From NCBI GenBank assembly GCA_001275005.1, contig JWZX01002640.1:1-40913 (forward strand): a stretch of 40,913 nucleotides of DNA, given 5' to 3'. Within the stretch, counting starts at the first letter, position 1. Every line of letters begins with the position of its first letter. The notes under the pieces are model-generated. The model worked only from the letters and a program-made list of their open reading frames with translations, made no database searches and was not told the DNA's origin. Positions 32,191 to 40,913 of this stretch are shown piece by piece. The DNA is from Chrysochromulina tobinii (Eukaryota). The translations under genes were made by a program, and so were the position numbers.

Positions 32191-33219
32191 ATGGCGAGCG
32201 CGGCCTTGGGGAGCTCCTCGTCGGCCCCGCAGCTGCGCGACTCGCCGTACGCGGCGCCGGCCTCGTCCGGTCTCAAATCCTCCGCCTCCATGCGGCGGAC
32301 GCCAACGAAGTGGACGCCACCACCGGGAGCATTCAACAACCCGGACCTGCCGCAGTTCGCCGGACCCGGGCCCGGACGGTACACGCCGTCGGCAGAGCCG
32401 ACAAAGTCGCGCATCGTGGGCGCGCGCTTCGGCTCTGAGGACCGCTTCAAGTACCTTGGCCCGCAGCAGCCGCTCGAGGTGACATCGTCGGGCATGGCGG
32501 GCATGTACAACCCGCAGTCGTCGACGAGCCCCGGCCCGGGGTACATGCCGCGGTACGACCTGGTGCACACGTCCTCGCGCAAGTCAGCCTTCACCGTGCA
32601 GCGGCGCGATACCTCTGGCGTCGATCCGGGCTCGGGCGCAGCGATCGCGCCTGGACCGGGACTGTGCACACCGAATGACAAGTTCGCATCGGGGAAAACG
32701 AACACGACGGCGGGCGGCGCCTTCCTGGCGGACGACCGGCACAAATACCTCGGGCAGGTCGATCCTGACACGGGCGGCCTCAGGCAAAACTTTTCGCCAG
32801 GTCCGCTGTACAAGCCGTCAGACGCCTCGGCCAAGCCGCGCGCGCCGACAGTTGCCTTTGGCGGACGCGGGCCAGGCACAATCAAGAAGCCACCAATGCT
32901 CAAGCAGGAGTCGCCCGGGCCGGGCAGCTACAACTTAGGCGCCACGCTCTCCGATGGCGCCGTCCTCGCTGGCAGACGGCGCGCGCCCGCCGCCTCATTC
33001 GGCTCGACACAGAGAGGCGACTCGGCGTTCGTCGACTCCGTCCACTGCTTCCACGGCAAGGTGCCTGTGGACATGACGAACGCGACAAACACGTACATCT
33101 CGCCCGGCCCGGGCTACAAGCCCAACGTCGAATCCGTCAAGGCCGCCTCTGCCAAAGCCACCTTTGGCACCGCCAAGCGCTCTACGCCCGGTCTCGGCCT
33201 GATGCCCTCGGCATGGTGA
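32191..33219 (+). CDS. SHIPPO-repeat (ODF3/STPG-like) axonemal protein
   Basis: Multiple PGPGxY repeats (GPGPGRY, SPGPGY, SPGPLY, SPGPGSY) each followed by F(G/S/T)xxxR motifs. Confidence 0.8.
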   Translation: MASAALGSSSSAPQLRDSPYAAPASSGLKSSASMRRTPTKWTPPPGAFNNPDLPQFAGPGPGRYTPSAEPTKSRIVGARFGSEDRFKYLGPQQPLEVTSSGMAGMYNPQSSTSPGPGYMPRYDLVHTSSRKSAFTVQRRDTSGVDPGSGAAIAPGPGLCTPNDKFASGKTNTTAGGAFLADDRHKYLGQVDPDTGGLRQNFSPGPLYKPSDASAKPRAPTVAFGGRGPGTIKKPPMLKQESPGPGSYNLGATLSDGAVLAGRRRAPAASFGSTQRGDSAFVDSVHCFHGKVPVDMTNATNTYISPGPGYKPNVESVKAASAKATFGTAKRSTPGLGLMPSAW

Positions 33220-33900
33220 GCGAGCGTTAGGCAACGAGACCGAATCGGCGTGACGGGTCGGTGGTGGCGCACGCGAGGGAGAGGACAGAGGTGGGAGGGA
33301 GGCGAGCCGCTGCGCGCCGCGAGGGCTGCGCGCCACCTCGCTCCCGCCCTGCATGTGAGAGAGTAGAGTGCAGATATGCCCCTCGAGAGCGCCCCCTGAA
33401 CCAGGCTGGCTCTCTGAGACCGGACGACTTTGACGAGACTGCACATGAGACCCAGTAGCTCTGACAGTAGCTCAAGGCATCCAAGGCGCGCGCACATCAT
33501 CTTGCCCCGTCTGCGTTCACCTAGCCTTAAGCCACGTGTGCGCAACTTGATACCGTTGTAATTTTACCTCAACCGCCTTACGCTTAACGCTAATACTCGA
33601 CTTAAGCGGACCTCCTCCCGGCTGGGCGGGCCGGGGCAGGCCACGGGGCCCGCTGGCCCCGCGCGCGGCCACGCCCGCGGGCGGCCCCCCAGCGCAGTGG
33701 GCGAGCAGGCTGCGTCTTATTACATCCGCGATCCGGGCTGCCTCGTAGAGAGAGTGCTCGACCTGAGACAGAGAGCGCCGGAACCGACCGACGCAGGCTG
33801 TGCGACGACCAGCACCGGCATCGTGGCGGGACACGCCGCTGAAGACCGGATCCGACTGAGGCGTGTCTGATCTCGCATGATCCATGATTCAGAGCGAGAT

Positions 33901-35151
33901 TCAGATCTTCGCGCCGGTGGAGCGCCAGAGGCGCGCGCTGGCAAACGGGCCGTTCCATCGGTAGTCCGGGTCCCAGCGCAGCAAGCCGTCCAGGAGCTCG
34001 AGCAGCGTACGCCGCTCGTCCTCGGCGTAGTGGCTGAGCACGTGTGCGAGCAGCGGCGACAGTTCCGCGTACGGCAGGTAGTGCACCAGCTCGGGCTCGT
34101 CCACCGCGCGGGTTGTGAGGAGGACCGGCGGGTGGCGACCCGTCGCGTCGGCGACGAAGAAGGGCTCGACGCGATTCGCGCGGCGCAGCAGCGCTTGAGG
34201 CGGCGCGCCGAGCATCGCGGTCGCGCGTGCGAGCTGGTTGAACTCGGACTCGCCAGGCAGCAGGGGCACACCGAGAGCGACCTCAGCGACCACACAGCCC
34301 ACACTCCAAGCGTCCGCCGGGTACCCAACCGGCGCCCATAGAATGACCTCGGGCGCGCGGTACCAGCGCGATTGCACATAGGTGACGCGGCTGGTGGTTC
34401 CGCTCAGCTGCTCGCGCCCGAGGCACGAGCCAAGGTCGATGAGCACCACGCGCGTGCCCCCGTCCAGTGTGCTGCCCTCGCCCCCCTCGTGCAGTAGGAT
34501 GTTCTGCGGCTTGATATCTGCATGTACCAGCTCGACCTGCTCGAGCGCCGCGAGCGCGCCGAGCAGCTGGCGCGCAATGCCCCATACAAAGGAGCTCGGG
34601 AAGGGCCGCCGGTCTCGCGCCTTCTGTAGCTGGTACAGGTCTGGCCCGTGCAGCGACAGCGCGAGCCCTGTTCGGCTTCCCAGCCGCACCGTGCCGAGCA
34701 GCGCCGGAAAGAGGTCCGCGCCCTCGCGCGTCGAGCGCAACGCCTTGAGCGCGTTCGCCTCGCGCCGGAGCGCGTTCGAGTCTTCATTATGCACCTTAAG
34801 CGCGATCATGCGCGGCTCGCCTTTCCGCGTGCCCACGCGCTGGCACTTCCACACGACGCAATGCGCGCCGCGTCCCGCCTCGACGCCAACCGTGTAGCGC
34901 CCACCACGAAAACTTAAGGCAGACCCGCCCTTTAGCGTGAGCTCCGCGTCCGACGCCTCGATGGCCATGGAAATGCCGCTCGCAACCCAGCTCATGCGCA
35001 GCCTCGGCCGTGAATTCGGCGTGCGCGCCTTGCCGTTGCCGTACTTGCCCACGAGAGGCCCTCGCTCGTCACGCGAGGAAGTCGTGCCGCTCCAGCACAT
35101 GCAGCACGAGGCGCAGATCGTCGAGTCTCCCTCGTCATCGCTCGAGGACAT
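33901..35151 (-). CDS. DYRK/Yak1/HIPK-like CMGC protein kinase
   Basis: First ATG at 35151. GRGAHCVV, IALK, HADIKPQNILL, LIDLGS, TYVQSRWYRAPEV, LGVPLLPGESEFNQL. Confidence 0.9.
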   Translation of the reverse strand: MSSSDDEGDSTICASCCMCWSGTTSSRDERGPLVGKYGNGKARTPNSRPRLRMSWVASGISMAIEASDAELTLKGGSALSFRGGRYTVGVEAGRGAHCVVWKCQRVGTRKGEPRMIALKVHNEDSNALRREANALKALRSTREGADLFPALLGTVRLGSRTGLALSLHGPDLYQLQKARDRRPFPSSFVWGIARQLLGALAALEQVELVHADIKPQNILLHEGGEGSTLDGGTRVVLIDLGSCLGREQLSGTTSRVTYVQSRWYRAPEVILWAPVGYPADAWSVGCVVAEVALGVPLLPGESEFNQLARATAMLGAPPQALLRRANRVEPFFVADATGRHPPVLLTTRAVDEPELVHYLPYAELSPLLAHVLSHYAEDERRTLLELLDGLLRWDPDYRWNGPFASARLWRSTGAKI

Positions 35152-35338
35152 TATTTCCAAACCTAACACGCTCGCTGCCGAAATAGGTGTGAAAAGTTCC
35201 GGAGTTTCAGATTGAGGAATTTTATTTCTAAAGTTTGTTGCCAATTCTTTCTCCTCCGTGCCGGAGCTCTTTCGGAGATTCACTTCCTAGAGGGATGCTC
35301 TCTGCAACTGTGCATCTCTTCTGTGCCGGTGCAGAAGT

Positions 35339-37061
35339 ATGTCTTCAACATTCCGCCGATGGGCGCTCGTGGTCTCCGCGGCATTTGTCATGGTGATCAG
35401 CGGCTCCGTCTACTCCATGGGCGCGTGGCAGTCCAGGCTGCGCGACGACCTGGGCCTCTCAACGGCGCAGGTCTCGTCCATCGGCGCGGCCACGTTCGGC
35501 GGATCGGTTGTGGCGGTCCTCGGCGGGCGTGCCTTCGACATCCTCGGCCCACGCACCGCGTGCCTCCTCGGCGGCGTCATGCACACGGCCGGTTACCTTC
35601 TCATCGCCGCCGCGCTCGCCTTTGCCGACGTGCTGCCCGAGGCCGCTCGCATCGGGCTGCCCGCGATTGGGTGTGCGCTCGCCGGCTACAGCTCCGTCTC
35701 CCTCCTCGACAACGTCGTGTGCATGTCGTGCTCGCTCTCCTTCCCGAACGACCGCGCCGCCATCGTCGGCTACCTCAAGGCTGTGCTCGCCGCGGGCGCC
35801 GGGCTGTGGGCGCTGCTCTGGGTGCACGTCTTCGCGCCTAATTTCGGACTCATTTCATACGTGCTCTTCGTGGCGGCGGTGGCCTTCTGTGGCACGGCGC
35901 TCGCGCTGCTCGGCGTGCGCGTCCTCCCCGAGGGCCCCGATCGGCGCAAGTTCGACAGCGCGGACGGGAGGCGGCTCGGGCTGGCGATCGGCTTCATCGT
36001 CTTGTTGGCGCTCTTCTGCGTGGCCACGTCGTTTTGCTACTCGTCCAAGATGATCGGGCCGACGGCGGGGCTCGGGGCGGTCGGCGTCGCGATCTCGCTC
36101 CTGCCGCTAACCCTCCTCTTGGGCACCTCCGACGATCTGCCCGCCGAGCTCAAGGAGCCAATGCTCCCCACAGCTCCCCAACTCGAGAAGAAGGTGATTG
36201 CGTCCGATGGTCCCTGATTGCCTCGCTCATCAGGTCCCTTCAGCTCCCCAACTGGTGACGAAGGCGAGGGATGCCTCTGATGGCCTCTGACTGGCCGCGG
36301 ACTGCCTCCCTCATCAGGTGAGCCTCCTCCAGTTTGGCCTCGAGCTCGGTCTCCAAGCTGTCCACGAGAATATGAAGACCGCGCCCGCGCCCGTGGCCGC
36401 GCCGCCCGCCGGAGTGCCCCTTCGCGCCGCCCTCGCTGGGCTCGACTTTTGGCTCCTCTTCTTCATGCAGCTGGCCGTCTTCGGCGGGGGTGTGGGCGCC
36501 AATCAGAACCTCGCGCTCATCTTCGAGTCGGCGCGCTCGCCCGCCTCGAGCGGCCTGGGCGTCGCTCTCTTTGCCCTCGCCTCGACCGTCTCGCGTGTCT
36601 CAGTCGGCGTCCTCTCGGACCGTTATTCTCACGTGCTCAACCGCTTCGGATGGCTGTGCGTGGTCGCCGCGATCGCGACGGTAGGTCAACTGCTCCTCTC
36701 GCCCATGATTGCGGGCTTCATCCTGTGCGGCACCTTTTGCCTTGGCCTCTCGTTTGGCTCCTTCTTCACCCTCGTCGTGCCGATCGTCAATGAGATGTAC
36801 GGCCGGAAGGACTTTGGCGCCATCATGGGCGCCGCGCTGAGCTGCCAGGCGCTCGCATCCTTCCTGATCTCTGTGGAGCTGTTGCCGACCGTGTACCGGA
36901 TCGCCGCGCACGGCCTTGGCGTCTGCTATGGCGCCGAGTGCTTCCTCGACTCCTTCCTCGCCCTCGCGGCACTCAACGCGCTCGGCTTTGGAATTGCGAT
37001 CTGGCTCGCGCGACGCAATGCCAACGGCATGCCCATCGACCGGTACGTCGAGAGCAAGTGA
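35339..37061 (+). CDS. MFS transporter, nodulin-like/NFD4/MCH1 type; exons 35339-36193 and 36318-37061, with a possible 21-nt micro-exon 36234-36254
   Basis: Two hydrophobic ORF halves joined in frame by a phase-0 GT..AG intron. Motifs SGSVYSMGAW, GRAFDILGPR, SFPNDRAAIVG, DFWLLF, GVLSDRY, EMYGRKDFG. Confidence 0.88.
36194..36317 (+). other. Spliceosomal intron region: one 124-nt intron, or two related introns 36194-36233 and 36255-36317
   Basis: AAG|GTGATT donor, two CTCATCAG| acceptors, in-frame stops inside. Both models preserve the reading frame. Confidence 0.8.
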
Positions 37062-37402
37062 ACGGCCGAGGGCGACGAGCGCCTCTCGGGCAGGCGCGCG
37101 GGGACGCGCTCGTGAGAGATCGCCACCTGCATGTGCGTGCGCCATGCATTTATCTACTTCTCCAACGCCATGATGTGTGCTGAACGCGCCGGCAGATGCA
37201 CCTTTCGGCCCGGCTTGCCCCACGCGCGATTGTGCTCCGCGGCCCCGTCGATGCAGAATGCAGCGCCTCAAGTTATTAGACCGCTTTTCGCTGACGCACT
37301 TGCTGTTTCGTCAACTGTGTTAAGTTCTTTCCGAGATCGCTTGCTTTCCTGCAAGAACGATCTACGAGAAAGGAGAGACGCTCCTTCTTAGGTTTGGGTT
37401 AG

Positions 37403-39565
37403 ATGGCCACGACCGTGATCGTCGACTGCACCGTCCAGACCACTGAATCGCCTACGCTGGCCGCGTTGCAAGCCCGACGTGAGACTCGCGAGCAGCGCCA
37501 GGCAGGGCTCTTGCAGCGGCTCAGCAACCTGCGCTCGCTAAGAGCGCAGCTATTCGACATCAAGAAAAAACACAGTGTTGTGTTGACGGGTGGCGAGGAC
37601 GACTTCCAAAAGGAGGTGGACTTGATTGTGGCCGAGATAGCAAAGCTCAAGGCTTTGCGCGAGCGAGAAGCCCACACGACCGAGCCCCGTCCGCTGCCGC
37701 CTTGGCTGCAGTTTCCGGCACCCGCTGCTGCCGACGACTTCCTGCGCCGACTCCAGCAGGCGGAGCTGCGCGACGCGGCTGCTGCGGCAGAAATTGCCGC
37801 CATCACCTTGGCAACGAGTGGGCCACCATCGCTTCGAAGACAGGGCTCCCTTTCCAGATTGGGTGGCTTCGTTGGCCATGCTGCCCGTGCCGTCTCCGGT
37901 CGATTGAGCCGCGCCTCGATGCAGCTGTCCGGTCGACTGAGCCGTAAGAACAAGGAGGGCACGTCAGAGTCGTGGCGCAGTGAGGACTCCGAGCACGAGC
38001 CGCCCTCGCCTGCACCCCGCCCATCGCCTCCACCCCACTCACCCGACCGCTCACCCGGGCGGCTGCCGAGGTTCGGCTGGGCCGCTCGCGCTCCACCGCT
38101 CGAGACGGCACTTGAGGGCACTGGCGAGACGGGGGCTGCTCGCTACCAGCCGCAGGCGATGCGCCCGGTCGTGACAGCTCAGTCTGCGAAACCCGACTGG
38201 CATGCAAACCTCGCGCCGGCCGCGGCCGCCGCCATGTTGGCTGCGGCCCTCCCCGACGCGTCCTCGGCTACCAAGCTCGAGGCCGCTCGCGTCGCGCGCA
38301 TGCCCAAGCACAAAGGGGTGGCGAATGCCGCCGCGCCATCATGCGCGCCATCCGCCGCACTAGCCAGGCCACGCTGGGGTGGGCCCACCGCCAACGGAAA
38401 TGGAACCGCCAAGCCGCCGGCGAAGGGTAAGCGTGTGCCCGAGGGCAAGGAAGCGGCAGGCCATGAGGATACGCAAAGTGCTCCGGCCTCGGTGGTGCGA
38501 GACGCCCCGCCATTGCAGCGGCTCGCCTCACGCAGCACTCCCGTCTCGCCGAACACGTCATCGATCGCTGATGATCGATGTATCTCCCTCCGTATCTCCG
38601 CATCGCCGCTTGAGGCGTTGGACTTAGCGCACGTGAGTCGTGTGGCAGTCCGGTCCAAAGCGCGCCGTGGCTCAGCCGATCCTCTGTCCGTGTTTGGGTT
38701 GCAGACCGTGGGGCCGATCGCGGCGGGCGCCTTTTCGATGGTCGTGCGCGCCACCGACGTGGAGACGGGCTGCACAGTCGCCGTCAAGACGTTCAACAAG
38801 GCCAGGTGTTCACGAGACCCAAGGCTGGCCTCAGCGAGTGCGGCCGAGCTGCGCGTGCTCAGGCTGCTCGCGCCGGATGCCCATCATCATCTCGCCAACC
38901 TGGTGCGCGTGCATGAGAACGTCCAAAGCGTGCACCTCGTGCTCGAGTACTGCGCGGGCGGCTCGCTGCAGCGCCGGTTGCAGGGGCTGCAGCGCAAGGG
39001 CGTGCCAGAGGCAGAGGCTGCCATGATGAGCCGGCAGCTCTGCAGCGCAATCGCCCACCTGCACGCGCGCGGGGTTGCCCACCGCGATGTCAAGCCGGCC
39101 AACGTGCTGTATGTGGACGGTACCACCGGCGGCGAGGGCTCGACTGGCATTCACATTCACAGCGGCCGCGGCTCGTCGCGGCTCAAGCTGTGCGACTTTG
39201 GGTTTGCGACCTTCGTGCCGGCTCCGGGGCGCTGCCACACTCGCTGTGGCACTCCGATCTATATGGCCCCCGAGCTGCACAAGGATGGCAAGGAAGGCTA
39301 TCTGCCGGCTCCCATTGATTGCTGGGCGTTAGGTGCCCTGGTCTTCGAGCTGCTGCATGCAAAGCAAGCCTTTAGCGCTGAGACCATCGAACGACTCGTG
39401 AGCCGCATTCGCAACGCGAGCCACGCGTCATTTACCCCGACGATCTCGACCCAAGCCAAGGACTTCATCCAGGCATTGCTCACCATCAAGGCCGCCGCCC
39501 GGTGCACTGCGAAGCAGGCCCTCGAGCACGCGTGGCTGGTGACAACACCGTCCGGGGCCACGTAG
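37403..39565 (+). CDS. Ser/Thr protein kinase (CAMK/AMPK-like) with long N-terminal extension
   Basis: IAAGAFSMV, VAVK, LVLEYCAGG, HRDVKPANVL, KLCDFG, CGTPIYMAPE, DCWALG. Confidence 0.9.
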   Translation: MATTVIVDCTVQTTESPTLAALQARRETREQRQAGLLQRLSNLRSLRAQLFDIKKKHSVVLTGGEDDFQKEVDLIVAEIAKLKALREREAHTTEPRPLPPWLQFPAPAAADDFLRRLQQAELRDAAAAAEIAAITLATSGPPSLRRQGSLSRLGGFVGHAARAVSGRLSRASMQLSGRLSRKNKEGTSESWRSEDSEHEPPSPAPRPSPPPHSPDRSPGRLPRFGWAARAPPLETALEGTGETGAARYQPQAMRPVVTAQSAKPDWHANLAPAAAAAMLAAALPDASSATKLEAARVARMPKHKGVANAAAPSCAPSAALARPRWGGPTANGNGTAKPPAKGKRVPEGKEAAGHEDTQSAPASVVRDAPPLQRLASRSTPVSPNTSSIADDRCISLRISASPLEALDLAHVSRVAVRSKARRGSADPLSVFGLQTVGPIAAGAFSMVVRATDVETGCTVAVKTFNKARCSRDPRLASASAAELRVLRLLAPDAHHHLANLVRVHENVQSVHLVLEYCAGGSLQRRLQGLQRKGVPEAEAAMMSRQLCSAIAHLHARGVAHRDVKPANVLYVDGTTGGEGSTGIHIHSGRGSSRLKLCDFGFATFVPAPGRCHTRCGTPIYMAPELHKDGKEGYLPAPIDCWALGALVFELLHAKQAFSAETIERLVSRIRNASHASFTPTISTQAKDFIQALLTIKAAARCTAKQALEHAWLVTTPSGAT

Positions 39566-39786
39566 CTCGGCTGAGGCTCTTTTGTGATAGATGTAAGAAT
39601 GTAAGATGACCTACGATTTGGAGGGGTGCGTGATACTGTGATATACACGTCCTCGGTCGTGTCCGACCGTGCCGGCGGCGACCGGGACCTCACAAAAAGC
39701 CTCATGCATGTTGAATTTTGATCCGCCGAGAATTCACAGCCAATTCACGTCATCATTCACAGCCAATTCCGCCCCGCCGCGCCGCC

Positions 39787-40725
39787 ATGTCGCATGCGTT
39801 GCTGGTGCTGATGGCGAGCGCGATGTTAGTAGAACCATTTAGATCAGGCAAACATACTGCGGTCGGGCAAATATTTGCCAGATGTGCGCTATGCAACATG
39901 ATCGCACGGCCAGGCACGCTCAACTTCTCCAACTTCAAAGGATATTTGGTGGTTCTGGACGACGGAGGTGAGGAGGTGTTGATTCCTGTTGCGCGCGTCG
40001 GCAAGGGCCTCATAAAGGGTGACGCGGTGGTATTCGATGACTCCGCAGCGCCTGATGAGCCTCTCGTCAAACTCGCCGCCTCTGTCGCCGAGGCAGCGGA
40101 GGCCAACGCAGCAAAGGAGGCCATCGAAGCCAAAGCAGCAGCCAAGGCGGCCGAAGAGGCAAGAGAGGCGGCAGCGCAGGTGGCATCGGCAGTGGAAGAG
40201 ACGGAGACGGCGTCGGGTGCTACTCGGGCCGCGACTCTGAGTGAGACGTCCAACCGTCGACAAGTGGCCACGTTCCTCGTGTTGGTCTCCATGGTCGCGC
40301 TGCTCAGTACCGCCGGCGTGATTCCGGAGCCGCCTGCTGCTCCCGCCGATGAGCTCGCAGCGAGGGTAGAACGTGAGAAAGCGAAGGCGACCGCGAAGTC
40401 AGAGGCCGAGCGTATGAACAAGCAGCGGGCGGAGGCCGAGAAGGCGGTGGCAGATGCGAAGGCGGCCGCGGCGGCCGCGGCAGAAGAGGCGGCGGTGGCA
40501 GCTGCTTGGATTTTACAGTGGTCCATCCCGGGCGAGGCTCCGTACTTTCTGAATACCCGCACGGAGGCGGCCACGTGGGTCGAGCCGCGCAAGGGACTGC
40601 TGACGGAGGAGGCTCTGAAGCGGGCCATGGACGCGGCAGAGGAAGCTCGAATTCAGGACTCGTTCTACGCACAGAGGGCTTACAACATGCTCGAAAGGCT
40701 CAACGCCGGAGGTCGGCTACGGTAA
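39787..40725 (+). CDS. Membrane protein with signal-like N-terminus, degenerate cold-shock-like domain, TM helix and WW domain
   Basis: ATG at 39787 in a GCCGCCATG context. GTLNFSNFKGYLVVLDDGGEEVLIPV...LIKGDAVVF, TM FLVLVSMVALLSTAGVI, WW WILQWSIPGEAPYFLNTRTEAATWVEP. Confidence 0.75.
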   Translation: MSHALLVLMASAMLVEPFRSGKHTAVGQIFARCALCNMIARPGTLNFSNFKGYLVVLDDGGEEVLIPVARVGKGLIKGDAVVFDDSAAPDEPLVKLAASVAEAAEANAAKEAIEAKAAAKAAEEAREAAAQVASAVEETETASGATRAATLSETSNRRQVATFLVLVSMVALLSTAGVIPEPPAAPADELAARVEREKAKATAKSEAERMNKQRAEAEKAVADAKAAAAAAAEEAAVAAAWILQWSIPGEAPYFLNTRTEAATWVEPRKGLLTEEALKRAMDAAEEARIQDSFYAQRAYNMLERLNAGGRLR

Positions 40726-40880
40726 CCTGATTGCGTCAGACCCGCCCGCACAGTTTTGCGAGGAGAGAACCTTTTAATTCACAGTTCACAGATATGTCAG
40801 AGCTTAGAGGATATTTAGAGGATATATTGAGGCCACATGCACATCCCCTCTCGTCTAGCCTCTTCGCCCTGCGGGGACCG

Positions 40881-40913
<33 letters not shown>
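40881..40913. repeat. Terminal poly-C homopolymer (33 nt), probably a contig-end feature or artefact
   Basis: Uninterrupted C run to the end of the window. Confidence 0.8.

Noticed and set aside
34425..34445. DLG instead of DFG in the DYRK-like kinase as a sign of a pseudokinase
   Set aside because: DLG is a common functional variant, and the catalytic Lys, HxD and APE motifs are intact.
40881..40913. Poly-C as a second telomere or functional element
   Set aside because: It is not the CCCTAA repeat and is the wrong strand sense for a right end. A homopolymer at a sequence edge is most likely an assembly break or artefact.

Overview
GC-rich, gene-dense, almost intronless eukaryotic chromosome end. 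It is probably a flagellated alga, and a haptophyte such as Chrysochromulina is my inference from the TTAGGG telomere, flagellar genes and intron style. The window opens with 14 CCCTAA telomeric repeats. The key feature is missing from the supplied ORF track. It is an ~8.1 kb intronless minus-strand ORF (ATG at 8156) encoding an NLR-like protein: HET-like N-terminal domain with an RRM-like insert, then a NACHT NTPase with a KOW/SH3-like insert, then ~47 highly similar, shuffled LRR modules with variable surface residues. It has no stop codon. The last LRR is fused directly and in frame to the telomere and reads on as (Arg-Val)n. Further in lie a head-to-head myristoylated protein, a TVP15/COPI-associated protein, CFAP46, a giant EF-hand/IQ/polyQ protein with a probable frameshift, class III ADH (GSNOR), a vWA protein, a possibly plastid-targeted protein, a secreted beta-lactamase-fold hydrolase, a SHIPPO-repeat protein, a DYRK/Yak1-like kinase, an MFS transporter with two similar introns, a CAMK-like kinase and a CSD-like/TM/WW protein. 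The window ends in a poly-C run. All domain calls come from motif reading by eye, not from database searches.
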